Of a stretch of 64,000 nucleotides of DNA, positions 9,878 to 19,667 are shown one piece after another (position 1 is the first letter of the stretch; every line of letters starts with the position of its first letter). This DNA comes from an uncultured delta proteobacterium (GTDB lineage Bacteria > Desulfobacterota > Desulfobacteria > Desulfobacterales > SG8-13): contig CAWKCK010000002.1 in NCBI GenBank assembly GCA_963848135.1, forward strand, positions 573,684 to 637,683, read 5' to 3'. Position numbers and translations under genes: made by a program. Under the pieces are notes generated by a model. The model was not told the DNA's origin. It saw only the letters and a list, made by a program, of their open reading frames with translations, and did not search any database.

Positions 9878-11434
9878 TCAGGCCGGTGCTATCTTGAGAA
9901 CGACCAGGGTTATGTCATCCTGAGGTTTGTGCCCTTCAGTGAATGTATGCACCTCTTGGTAGACCCGGTTCAGCAGGGTTGATGCACTTTGGTCGGCATA
10001 GCGGCGGATAATCTCCTTGAACCGGGATTTGCCGAACATTTCTCCGGCCGGATTGAACGCCTCCCAAATACCGTCGGTTCCGACGGCAATGATGGCCCCC
10101 GGTGGAACATCATTCATCACACTCTCACTGAACTGAACATCCCCTGCCACGCCAAGCACCATACCCGGTCCTTGCAGTTCAATGAATCGATCGTTGTCAG
10201 GCCGGTACAGCAAGGCCGGATCGTGTCCGGCCCGAACCCAGCGAATCGAATCATGCGTCCGGCCGATTTCCAATGCAAAAAGGGTCATGAATTGGTGCGT
10301 GGTCATGAAATCGGTCATCAATGCACGGTTCAAATCGTTGACGATTTTGGACAAACTATCTGATGTTCTGTAACGATCGCGTAAGACGGCACGCGCAGTG
10401 GCCATCAACAAGGCCGAATCGACCCCGTGTCCGGCAATGTCACCGACGGCCACGGTCAATATCCCGGGTGCGGTTGTGGACATATCGGCTGGCTGCAGGA
10501 AATCAAAATAATCACCCCCAATCTCTTCACACGGAACGCTCAACCCGGCGATATCGAGCCCGGTAATTCGCGGCGGAACTTTCGGCAAAAGGCTTTTTTG
10601 CACCTCACCCGCCAGGACCAATGACTTTTTTTGTTCTGTCAGGTCAGTGACGAAGGCCACCTGGCCCATACTTTCACCGCTGTCATTGATAAGAGCGTTA
10701 CGGTGGATGAGTACCGGCACGTTCCGACCGCTTTTAGTGATAAACACGCCTTCAAAAGTTCGGTACATTTGACCCATTAGTTCCTGAACATTGCCTTGGA
10801 GATAGATATTAAACTCGGGGGTCGCCAGGTCGTAAGCGGTTTGACCGATCATCTCACTCCGGGAATAACCGAGCATCCGGCTGAACGCATCGTTCACGTC
10901 GACAATCTGAAGATTATTGTCCATCATCAGGAAGCCCTCGGCCGAGGTTTCCACGATGCGTCGAAATTTGGCCTCGCTTTTGTTAAGCGCCTCTTCCGCT
11001 AATTTGCGCTCAGTCACATCGACGACTGTTCCCTGGTAATAAACGATTTTACCCTGGGCATCGCGTTCAGTCGTTGTCGTGTCCTCGAGCCAACGTACGT
11101 CGCCTGTTCTGGTAACGATACGGTAGTTTTGGGTGTAGTCACTGACATCACGTGCGGCATACGCATCGATTTCAGCCCGAACCCTGTCGCGATCATCCTG
11201 ATAGACAAGGTCGCGAAAAAAGATCTTCTCTTCGAGGAAGTCTTTCGCCGTGTACCCGAAACGAGAAATATTGTCTGAAACATAAACGAGTTGGGTGTCC
11301 GGTTCCGGCTTGCGGCGGAACAGGATAACCGGGCTTTGTTCCACGATTTTCATCGCCATGCGGAGCTTCTCGCGAATACCTTGCCCTGCCCGTTTGGGGG
11401 ATGTTTTCTTCGGTGTGTTCTCAGAAATTGCCAT
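9878..11434 (-). CDS. PAS-PAS-SpoIIE (PP2C, RsbU-like) phosphatase
   Basis: Two PAS/PAC domains; PP2C motifs GGDYFD, VGDIAGHG, RAGH, GTDGIWE, DDITLV. Start placed at MAISEN (ORF track extends to 11509). Confidence 0.9.
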   Translation of the reverse strand: MAISENTPKKTSPKRAGQGIREKLRMAMKIVEQSPVILFRRKPEPDTQLVYVSDNISRFGYTAKDFLEEKIFFRDLVYQDDRDRVRAEIDAYAARDVSDYTQNYRIVTRTGDVRWLEDTTTTERDAQGKIVYYQGTVVDVTERKLAEEALNKSEAKFRRIVETSAEGFLMMDNNLQIVDVNDAFSRMLGYSRSEMIGQTAYDLATPEFNIYLQGNVQELMGQMYRTFEGVFITKSGRNVPVLIHRNALINDSGESMGQVAFVTDLTEQKKSLVLAGEVQKSLLPKVPPRITGLDIAGLSVPCEEIGGDYFDFLQPADMSTTAPGILTVAVGDIAGHGVDSALLMATARAVLRDRYRTSDSLSKIVNDLNRALMTDFMTTHQFMTLFALEIGRTHDSIRWVRAGHDPALLYRPDNDRFIELQGPGMVLGVAGDVQFSESVMNDVPPGAIIAVGTDGIWEAFNPAGEMFGKSRFKEIIRRYADQSASTLLNRVYQEVHTFTEGHKPQDDITLVVLKIAPA

Positions 11435-11994
11435 TTTCTCGTTTCTAACCATTCGGATCGACCGTTGCCGGTTGCAGCGGAAACGTTCTTCAATTATAGC
11501 GGTTGCCAAAAAAATGTTCCTTCACTCAAACGTTTTTTTCAACAACCACTCTTACTACCTTTCCGTCACTCTCACTACTTTTTCGTATTTCGGAATTCGT
11601 TTTTGTAATGCGGTAGAATTTGCGACTGCACCGCCTACGGCGATTCAAATCAGCGAAAAATGAATCATGGACCAGTATTTTTCCGATAAAATTATAGGGT
11701 CGTGGTTATTTATATCCACCAATGTAAAACGTGTTCTTAAAAACACAAGAATCCATGCCAACATTCCGTTTCGGAAATTGATTAGTTTCCATCCATAAAT
11801 GGCCCTTTTCCGCAATTTCGGCGTAATCGGCGGAATCCCTTGTGCGGCTTACACGAGTAAGCCTCCGCGCAATTCTTTGATTTCCTTGATCTTGCAGAAA
11901 ATCACTCATTGCTGGATCGTAAACTTACCAGTGCCCATAGTGAAACCATGGATGGGCACTAATTAATTGAAAGAGGTATAAACCAAGAATAACG

Positions 11995-12032
11995 AAAAAG
12001 GCGGGCCCCGGCGCAACGCCGTACCCGCCTTT
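11995..12032 (-). terminator. Rho-independent terminator downstream of the Fn3 gene
   Basis: Minus strand AAAGGCGGG-TACGGCGTTGCGCCGGGG-CCCGCCTTTTT: GC stem followed by a U-tract. Confidence 0.7.
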
Positions 12033-12196
12033 ACAGGAGGAACAGATGATGAAAGAGGATGGTGGGGTTTATGTTTACGGACGCTTCGTCAGATCGTCGT
12101 CCTTGAAAAAGATTTCTGTTTGTTTTGACGCCAATCGATACTATTCCTTTCAAATATCGATCCGGCACCTTGCGCAATCATTTTCATTGCGATGGT

Positions 12197-12745
12197 TTAT
12201 TCCTCCAATGGCCTGATAGCAATGAATTCTGAAACCATTTGTTTAATTTCCTGCCAGCGGGTTCTCAAGGTATCTACCAGGTTTGCTTCAGATAGTCCTG
12301 GAGACCTGCTTTCAGCAGAACTGATAAAGCATCCACCGCCACCGCCACCGCCACCGCCGGATGTGGCTTGATACGATGGGGAAGGTGCCAACGCCGTGGC
12401 GACCTCATTTGATAGTTCGCTGCTCAGACCATCCTGATTGTATGCGCTGATGGCAAAAAAGTATTCTGTATCCTCATCAAGCCCGGAGATGACGGCGCTG
12501 GTAAAATTTCCGACATCCAGGCTATAATCATAAATGCCGCTTTCGGTTCCATAATGAACGATGTACCCACCTATATCAGGCTCTGTATTCGGATCCCATT
12601 CCAAGGTAATATCTTTAGCCCACCCATCGGCAACGCTGAATGGCGCTATGCTGAAAAAACAGAAAATGGACAGAAAAAAAATGGTGACGAATATGGGTTT
12701 TGAGCTTATTGTTAAGCGCAGTTGACGATAATCAGTTCTTGGCAT
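12197..12745 (-). CDS. Secreted fibronectin type III domain protein with GGGGGGGGCFI C-terminal tail
   Basis: Signal-like N-terminus; Fn3 pattern TLEWDPN-GYIVHYG-ISGL-YFFAISAYN-SELSNEV; then GGGGGGGGCFISSA. Confidence 0.8.
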   Translation of the reverse strand: MPRTDYRQLRLTISSKPIFVTIFFLSIFCFFSIAPFSVADGWAKDITLEWDPNTEPDIGGYIVHYGTESGIYDYSLDVGNFTSAVISGLDEDTEYFFAISAYNQDGLSSELSNEVATALAPSPSYQATSGGGGGGGGGCFISSAESRSPGLSEANLVDTLRTRWQEIKQMVSEFIAIRPLEE

Positions 12746-12808
12746 GTTTGAGTTGGCCCCCTCTGGTAATGATATTTGATTTCTTTCTCGTTATCATCGC
12801 CAGTGGAT

Positions 12809-12825
12809 ATGCAAGAGCCGTACCG
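12809..12825 (-). promoter_or_regulatory. Sigma54 (-24/-12) promoter for the Fn3 gene
   Basis: Minus strand CGGTACGGCTCTTGCAT has exact GG-N10-GC spacing with TTGCA. It lies about 65 nt upstream of the ATG, with an AT-rich region further upstream. Confidence 0.65.
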
Positions 12826-13130
12826 CATGCCACTAAAATTACAAATATTTGTTTTTATTATATTTTTTAAAGTTAAGGGCCGGAATTTATTTCAGTCTTC
12901 GAAGGGAAAACCATACACATCGTGGTTTACCAGATCCACGATAGGAATATTTCGTAATACTTTCAACTACTTTTAAATGTATGATTTTTTCTACGGTGGA
13001 AAGGGCAAAGGAAATTCGGTTATCGCGTGCCCGTCAGATACCAGGGTGAACGATCATCGGTCACTTCAAGTGATTTATATCATAACATTTTCTCTCACAG
13101 GATCATCAACCATTCGTGGTTGGGCACGAT

Positions 13131-14483
13131 CTAATCCCTGAATTTTGACGGATCCAGTTTGTATCGCCGCATCAATTCGTAAAGGTCAGCGCGGTATTTG
13201 CCAGCCAGTTTGGCCGCCTGACTGATGTTTCCCTGGGTGAATTCGACCAATTGCAGCAGGTAATTTTTCATGAAATCGTCTCTGGCCTCTTTGAGAGGCT
13301 TGATGCAATCGTTGTCCAACTCGCATTTTGGCAGAATCAAATCCTCGTCTATTTGATCGTCGGCAGCCAGGGCGATAGCGCTCTCGATGGTGTTTTCGAG
13401 TTCGCGAACATTTCCGGGCCATGAGTGCCGCAGAAGCTTCTGCAACCCATGTGAAGTGATGCCCTGTATATCTTTGCCCATGTCGGCACTGTACTTTTTT
13501 AGAAAATGTCTCGCCAGAAGCGGAATGTCATCTTTTCTTTCCCTAAGAGGCGGCAACTGAATCCGAATGACGTGAACACGATAATAGAGGTCTTCGCGAA
13601 AATTCTTGGCCTCGACTTCCTGCTCAAGATTTTTATTGGAAGCGGTAATAATGCGCGTATCGACCTTAATGGTCCGGCTGCCGCCCACCGGAAAAACCTC
13701 ACGTTCCTCCAGTACGCGCAGCAGCTTGCTCTGCATAGCCAGCGGCATCTCTGAGATTTCATCCATAAAAAAACTACCGTTATGCGCTTGGACAAACAAC
13801 CCTTTTTTATCGGCCACAGCACCGCTGAAAGCGCCCCTTTTATATCCGAAAAGTTCGCTTTCCAATAGAGTTTCCGGTATGGCAGCGCAATTTATGGCAA
13901 CAAAAGGCCCTTTCTTTCTGGGACCCGAAAGATGGAGCGATTTGGCTATCAACTCCTTACCGGTACCGCTTTCGCCTTCTATATGAACATTTGAATCTGT
14001 CTCGGCGGCCTGGGCAACCTGCTCCAGAACGCGTTTCATCCCCTCGCTTTTACCAATAATGTTCTTGAATCCGAACTGAACGGCACAGATGTTCCGTAGC
14101 GTGCTGACTTCTTTGGTCAACTGGCTTTTTTCCAGGCAGTTCTTTATCTGTAACTGTAATTCCTGGTAATTAAACGGCTTTGTCAGGTAATTGGCGGCAC
14201 CCCTTTTCATCGCGTCCACGGCACTGTTGATACTGCCATGGGCGGTCAATATGATGACCGGCAAATCCGCATAGGATTTATGAATCTTTTCCATTACTTC
14301 GATGCCGTTTTCGTCGTTCAACTTCAAATCGACCAAAGCCAAATCGACAGTCGCATCTTGGAGAAAAGTAAACGCTTGGATCGAATTCAAGGCTTTGTAC
14401 ACACGGTATCCCTCTGCTTCAAGACGCATTTGGATAACGTTGAGGATATTCCGGTCATCATCGAGCACGAGAATATTGTCCAT
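13131..14483 (-). CDS. Sigma54-dependent response regulator (REC-AAA+-HTH), GlrR/QseF-like
   Basis: REC domain; Walker A GESGTGKE; ESELFG; GAFSGA variant of GAFTGA; WPGNVREL; C-terminal GNISQAAKLAGKYRADLYELMRRYKL resembles GlrR. Confidence 0.9.
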   Translation of the reverse strand: MDNILVLDDDRNILNVIQMRLEAEGYRVYKALNSIQAFTFLQDATVDLALVDLKLNDENGIEVMEKIHKSYADLPVIILTAHGSINSAVDAMKRGAANYLTKPFNYQELQLQIKNCLEKSQLTKEVSTLRNICAVQFGFKNIIGKSEGMKRVLEQVAQAAETDSNVHIEGESGTGKELIAKSLHLSGPRKKGPFVAINCAAIPETLLESELFGYKRGAFSGAVADKKGLFVQAHNGSFFMDEISEMPLAMQSKLLRVLEEREVFPVGGSRTIKVDTRIITASNKNLEQEVEAKNFREDLYYRVHVIRIQLPPLRERKDDIPLLARHFLKKYSADMGKDIQGITSHGLQKLLRHSWPGNVRELENTIESAIALAADDQIDEDLILPKCELDNDCIKPLKEARDDFMKNYLLQLVEFTQGNISQAAKLAGKYRADLYELMRRYKLDPSKFRD

Positions 14484-14560
14484 GGATTCCCCTTTTCTTA
14501 TCTGAGCTTCGTCTGTCTATGGGGCACAATATACTTGTACGCCATGGTTAATCTTTCGGA

Positions 14561-15229
14561 TCAAGGAGTAACTTTTCTTTTCTTTTCCTCTATCTTGATG
14601 TCGACTTCCTTGAGCTTATCGATGTTTTCTTCCAACTCTTTGATCTGCCTGGTTTTTGCTTCAATAGCCCTTTGGTAATATTCGTCCTTGGCATCAATGA
14701 CTTTTTGATTCTGGTCTTGCAGGTTTTTGAGTTGGCGTTGCCGATCTCTGAGTTGCCCTTTGAGCCGCACCAGTTCACGTTTTTTAGATACCAGTATTTT
14801 CTCGGTATCCTGCAGATTTCTCAATGTCAATATCCACAGCTCAGCTTGGGGTCTGAGAGTGCTTTCCGGATACCTGTTGATGAGCGCACCGAAGGCTTCC
14901 CGTGCTTTGGTTAAGTCATGTTCCGCATTTTCCGGGTGGCTGTATATCAGGCCGATCTGAAAAAGCGCCCTGTCGCCGAGAAGCTGGGGGTAATATTCCA
15001 AGGTTTGTCGGCTCTCTTGCAACGCCGCTTGAAAATCGCCTTTTCCCATATAGTAATTCGCTTTTGCAAGATGCTCCTCAGTTTTCAGATGCTTGGGGGG
15101 ATAAACTTGCTTGGGGGGGTAAGCACGCTCCGGAGGGTATGCGCACCCCGATAAAATAAGTGTTAAATTGAGGAAACAGGCAATGCAAAATAAAAAGTAC
15201 TGCCCTTTCCGGGGGCACTTTTGGCCCAT
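14561..15229 (-). CDS. Lipoprotein with TPR/BamD-like repeats and coiled coil (QseG-like by context)
   Basis: GGAGG upstream of ATG; lipobox LSGC; TPR-like helices; C-terminal coiled coil ending IDKLKEVDIKIEEK; lies between kinase and regulator. Confidence 0.75.
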   Translation of the reverse strand: MGQKCPRKGQYFLFCIACFLNLTLILSGCAYPPERAYPPKQVYPPKHLKTEEHLAKANYYMGKGDFQAALQESRQTLEYYPQLLGDRALFQIGLIYSHPENAEHDLTKAREAFGALINRYPESTLRPQAELWILTLRNLQDTEKILVSKKRELVRLKGQLRDRQRQLKNLQDQNQKVIDAKDEYYQRAIEAKTRQIKELEENIDKLKEVDIKIEEKKRKVTP

Positions 15230-16623
15230 ATTTCCCCTCCGTGATCGCGTATGATATGTTTGGCAATAGTCAGTCCCAAACCGGAACCGGCGACTTTGTG
15301 GCCATTGGTTTTTCCTCTTGAAAACTTGTCAAAGATTGTTTTCACGGACTCGGCAGGTATGCCGATGCCGGTATCAGCAACAGCCACACAAACGAATTTC
15401 TTGTCATGATTATAGGGCGCCGTGCGGATGATAATACGCCCTTTGGACGGTGTAAATTTGAGTGCATTTCCAATCAGATTTTCCATTACCTGGCTGATAC
15501 GTTCATCATCCATTCGTATCAGGGGTAGTTCCGGCATTGGTTTCAACTCGATCAAGATCTTTTTATTTTTAGCGATCGGTGCCAATTTCAAAACCATTTG
15601 CTGTAATAATGGCTCAAGTTTCGATTGCTGATAACGGTATTCCATCATATCCGCTTCCATGCGGGAAAAATCGAGAATTCGGTTCACGGATCGGATAAGG
15701 CGCTCGCATTCTTCCCGCGTAATGGCCAGAAGTTGCTGTTGCTTTTCTGGTGCGTCAGCATAAGTCCCCTCTAATAGCATTTCCGAGGCTTCTTTTATAG
15801 CTGTAAGCGGTGTCCTGAGTTCATGAGACACATGATTTATAAAATCAATTTTCATTTCATCGATTTCTTCGAGCTTTTCACTCATCACGTTAAAGTCGTC
15901 CGCCAGATCTTTTATCTCGGGCGGCCCCTTCATTGAGGGTATCTGCACATAATTCCCTTTGGCAATCTCTTTGGTTTTTTTCTGGAGCAATACAATCGAA
16001 CGGTTGATCCTGCGGGTACTGAAAAATGAAATTAAGGTACCAATGACAACCGTTAGGATCGCCGTGAAAAGGGTCATGTTGAATACCCTCGCACTGATCA
16101 GACTCGAGGATATGATTTTCTCCTCCCTTCCGCTTTGAACAATCGTAATAATGCTGTTCAATCGCAGCGCAATTCCGTCTACAAGCCTTTCATTCTGGGC
16201 CGTATAACCGTTACTTGGAGTTGAATATCCCTGGGCCATGCGGTTGTTCTCCTCTTCGAAAAGAACGACATACTGGCCATACAACTGTCGCGTTTCATTA
16301 TAAAGTTTCAATTTCCGGCTTGTGTCCATTCGGTATAAATTATCAGTGAGTCCTTTTGTGAACAGCGTCCGGAGTTCCCAGAATTTTTGTTTGAAATCCT
16401 CATCTTTAGAGATGTGATATTTTTTCTCAAAACTGACCTGGGAAAAAAGTGAATCCCGAAGGTGTTCCAACTGGGCAATCGTTGTCCCGTCGATTGCCGT
16501 TCCGCGAATCAGCCGATTCAGCTGGTTCAACTTCAGAGACACGTAGACCCCGAGAAGGACAACCAGAAGCAGGATAACGACGTAACCAAGTGTCAGGCGC
16601 TTAAGAAGAGTGAATTTTATCAT
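15163..16623 (-). CDS. Membrane sensor histidine kinase (TM-periplasmic-TM-HAMP-HisKA-HATPase), GlrK/QseE-like
   Basis: H-box SHELRTPL, N-box NLIGNALKF, G1 DTGIGI, G2 GSGLGL; two TM segments. Start placed at MIKFT. Confidence 0.92.
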   Translation of the reverse strand: MIKFTLLKRLTLGYVVILLLVVLLGVYVSLKLNQLNRLIRGTAIDGTTIAQLEHLRDSLFSQVSFEKKYHISKDEDFKQKFWELRTLFTKGLTDNLYRMDTSRKLKLYNETRQLYGQYVVLFEEENNRMAQGYSTPSNGYTAQNERLVDGIALRLNSIITIVQSGREEKIISSSLISARVFNMTLFTAILTVVIGTLISFFSTRRINRSIVLLQKKTKEIAKGNYVQIPSMKGPPEIKDLADDFNVMSEKLEEIDEMKIDFINHVSHELRTPLTAIKEASEMLLEGTYADAPEKQQQLLAITREECERLIRSVNRILDFSRMEADMMEYRYQQSKLEPLLQQMVLKLAPIAKNKKILIELKPMPELPLIRMDDERISQVMENLIGNALKFTPSKGRIIIRTAPYNHDKKFVCVAVADTGIGIPAESVKTIFDKFSRGKTNGHKVAGSGLGLTIAKHIIRDHGGEIWAKSAPGKGSTFYFALPVSSI

Positions 16624-17245
16624 GGGGGAACTCACGTTGCAGGCTCGCACTTAACCCAACAGACAATCTAAAATCGGACAGCAACAATACGGCCTAATGA
16701 ATGAATGATATTATTTTCAACACGATGTGCGATATTGTAATCGGACCTTTAAAATCAAAAGCGGTTCGAAACGTTACCACGTTCTTTTATACCATACCTG
16801 AAAATTGGTTTCGAAGAAACAGATATGATGCCAACCGTATATAGTGGTCGTCAAAAAAACGATTCGTTATGCAAACGTTTTTTCTACAATCTCTTATTCC
16901 ACCCTTCTGTATTTCGGAATTTCTTTTTTAAAAAATGGTATAATCAGACCCATTGAATGCCTGCCGGGTTGGTCGGATGAGAGGATATTTCATTTTCCGG
17001 CCGTGCAATTGATCACGATAACATCTGTCAAATGCCTTACCCAACCTCAAGTTTGGTCCCACCTTGCCGATAAAAACAGAGGTGACTATTTCGGACAAAA
17101 GGCACCGCGGAACATGTTTCGACAGTGCCAAAATCAGGCTGGTCCGGTGGATATCACCTCGATATCGTTTTGTATTTTAAAAAAAGACAAAAACCTGACT
17201 CACTGGCACAGGCCGCAGCCCCCCCTATGGCGGTGTTGCTAAAAA

Positions 17246-18817
17246 ATGCCGTTACCGGTAAAATACTGTAAAGAATTCAGTGCCGGGCCTCATTTCCTTT
17301 TTTCTTATATGAACGATGATCAGCCAATGCTCTTACACCCCTGTTTTTTTATCCTATCGGAAATGATGATCCCATCACTCCACAATCGTAACCCCCCCCC
17401 CTCTTGTTCTCCGCTCCCGGCACATGCATCCGGGAACAACCGGATACGCCGTTTCATTTCCAGCATATGTATTGCTACGATTCTCATTCTTGCCGTTTCC
17501 GGTTGTGATCAGCCCCTTTTTAAAAACGACCTCCAAGCCATTCAGGCCAAAGGCGTATTGAAGATTATCTCACGCAATAACGGCACCTGTTACTATGAAG
17601 GTCCCAACGGATGGGAGGGTTTCGAATTCAAGCTGGCTTCGGCTTTTGCGGATCATTTGGGCGTCAAATTGGAAGTGATGGTCCTGGAAAAAGAAAAATC
17701 CATGGTGGATTCTTTGCTGGCCGGAAAAGCGGATTTAATCGCTGCCAGTTTTGTCGCAACGGATGACCTTCGGCAACACCTGGCCTTCGGACCGGCCTAT
17801 CACCGCGTCCGGCAGCTCGTTATCGGCCGGCGCGACGGCCCCAGAGTCAAATCAGTCTCCGATCTTGTGGGCCAACCGTTGTGGGTCATGACCGGTGCTT
17901 TTCAAGAAAAAAGGATGAATGCGCTGAAGAAAGAATACCCGGCATTGACCTGGTTATCCATATCAGACTATGAATCCGAAGAACTTCTGGAGATGGCCGG
18001 CCAGGGTGTGATCCCGTTAACGATCGCTGAAGATACGACATTGTCGCTCAATCAACGCTATTATCCCGAGCTTATGGTTCATTTTGCCGTCGACAATGGA
18101 CAAGATCTGGCCTGGGTCATGCACCCCCAGTCCCGCCATCTGCAACGAGCGATTGACCAGTGGTTCCAAATGCCGAGCACCGTATCACTGATTGAACGCC
18201 TTAAGCAGCATTACTACGGCCATCTCGGAAAGTTTGATTATGCTGATATCACCACATTCCGAAAGCGCCTCATCCATCGGTTACCCAAATATCGGGACCA
18301 TTTCATAGCGGCCGCAAAAAAGCATAATCTTGATTGGAAACTTGTTGCCGCACAATCTTACCAAGAATCCCACTGGAATCCCAGAGCCAGGAGTTTTACC
18401 GGTGTCAGGGGAATGATGATGCTGACGCTTGATACGGCACGCTACCTGGGGATCAAAAATCGCCTGGACCCAAAGCAGTCCATCTATGGCGGTACCCGCT
18501 TCCTGGCCAAGCTCTATCATAGAATTGAAGAGGACATACCGGACCCGGACCGCACGTTCATGGCCCTGGCGGCTTACAACGTCGGATGGGGACACCTCGA
18601 GGATGCCCGCAAATTGGCAGCTTCTCTGGGAAAGCAGCCGAACAACTGGTCCGACATTCGAAAAACGCTGCCGTTATTACGCCTGAAAAAATATTATCGA
18701 AAATTACCACATGGCTATGCCCGTGGCGCTGAACCGGTGCGATATGTCGATCGCATCCGAACTTACCATAAAATTTTAGCGCGATGGGAAACCAATGGGA
18801 ACATGCCTGTCCAGTAG
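17246..18817 (+). CDS. mltF: Membrane-bound lytic murein transglycosylase F
   Basis: N-terminal SBP-like domain plus SLT domain (YQESHWNPRARSFTGVRGMMML, AAYNVG, GYARGAEPVRYV). True start probably downstream (~17363 or later). Confidence 0.9.
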   Translation: MPLPVKYCKEFSAGPHFLFSYMNDDQPMLLHPCFFILSEMMIPSLHNRNPPPSCSPLPAHASGNNRIRRFISSICIATILILAVSGCDQPLFKNDLQAIQAKGVLKIISRNNGTCYYEGPNGWEGFEFKLASAFADHLGVKLEVMVLEKEKSMVDSLLAGKADLIAASFVATDDLRQHLAFGPAYHRVRQLVIGRRDGPRVKSVSDLVGQPLWVMTGAFQEKRMNALKKEYPALTWLSISDYESEELLEMAGQGVIPLTIAEDTTLSLNQRYYPELMVHFAVDNGQDLAWVMHPQSRHLQRAIDQWFQMPSTVSLIERLKQHYYGHLGKFDYADITTFRKRLIHRLPKYRDHFIAAAKKHNLDWKLVAAQSYQESHWNPRARSFTGVRGMMMLTLDTARYLGIKNRLDPKQSIYGGTRFLAKLYHRIEEDIPDPDRTFMALAAYNVGWGHLEDARKLAASLGKQPNNWSDIRKTLPLLRLKKYYRKLPHGYARGAEPVRYVDRIRTYHKILARWETNGNMPVQ

Positions 18818-19273
18818 CATCCCCGCCCGTCCCCCCCGGTTCTGAACACAGCCAACCACACCAAATCGACGAAATAATTATAGGATTAATCACTTCCGTC
18901 AAAGCCAACGTCATGGATCGGGGACTGCTCAAAGCGGTCCCTTATCGTGATTGTCAAAGAAACGTTTCGCGCGATTTGAAGGTTTTTTTCATATAGGTTT
19001 AGCGGTTTCCCGCCCAGGCGGGATTAACGGATCCCAGCTAAAGTGCCATAACTGGTCTCTAACAATCGTATTACGTATCAATAGGGTTGAATTCTTTGTT
19101 TCACCTAATGGGTGATAGGGGTCTATCCAAACAACGGGGTGTAAAGTTAAAGATATCAGAATTTTATAAAATTTTAACCTTTAACCCTGAACCAGGATCC
19201 GATCAGTTAGGTTTCTGTCACCATTCAAACTATCCGTCCGCATTTCGGATCTTAGTATTGATAAGCGGTATAG

Positions 19274-19583
19274 CCCGAATATTTCATGAAATCTTTTCTA
19301 CACTATGAGTAATTTTATTAATTTTTAGATACTTGAGCTGAAATTGAAGCATAATAGTCAGGGTACGGTTAGCAATAATTTATGATATTTAGAGAAAAGG
19401 AGAAAAGATTTCACCCCTTGGGCGCTCCCTGAAGCATACATTGGCTGCGTTATCCTGCATAGCTGGATTTCTCGCCTATTTATATGTAATTCGGTGAGTC
19501 GTCAGGGGATTGCAGTAGGTATACTACGGCTGCACCCTTGAGTGTCTTGCCAATGAATTCCTCATGGGCGTGAAATATCCGGG
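19274..19583. mobile_element. Putative non-autonomous IS derivative (MITE) with 14-bp imperfect terminal inverted repeats, IS1380-like ends
   Basis: Left end CCCGAATATTTCAT (19274). Right end GTGAAATATCCGGG (19570-19583), whose reverse complement CCCGGATATTTCAC matches 12/14. The left 25-mer recurs exactly at 51893. No target duplication seen. Confidence 0.5.
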
Positions 19584-19667
19584 AAGGACCTTTATGAAAA
19601 CAGCTTGCATTTATGATTCATAAAGAATTAAATCGATGGACAAATCTTTAAGGGGGTTGAAACAGCA

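Noticed and set aside
12333..12360. (CCACCG)n tandem repeat
   Set aside because: Simply encodes the poly-Gly linker; in-frame unit, not a phase-variation tract.
16844..17242. 132-aa ORF between kinase and mltF
   Set aside because: No RBS or motif; lies in an AT-rich divergent promoter region.
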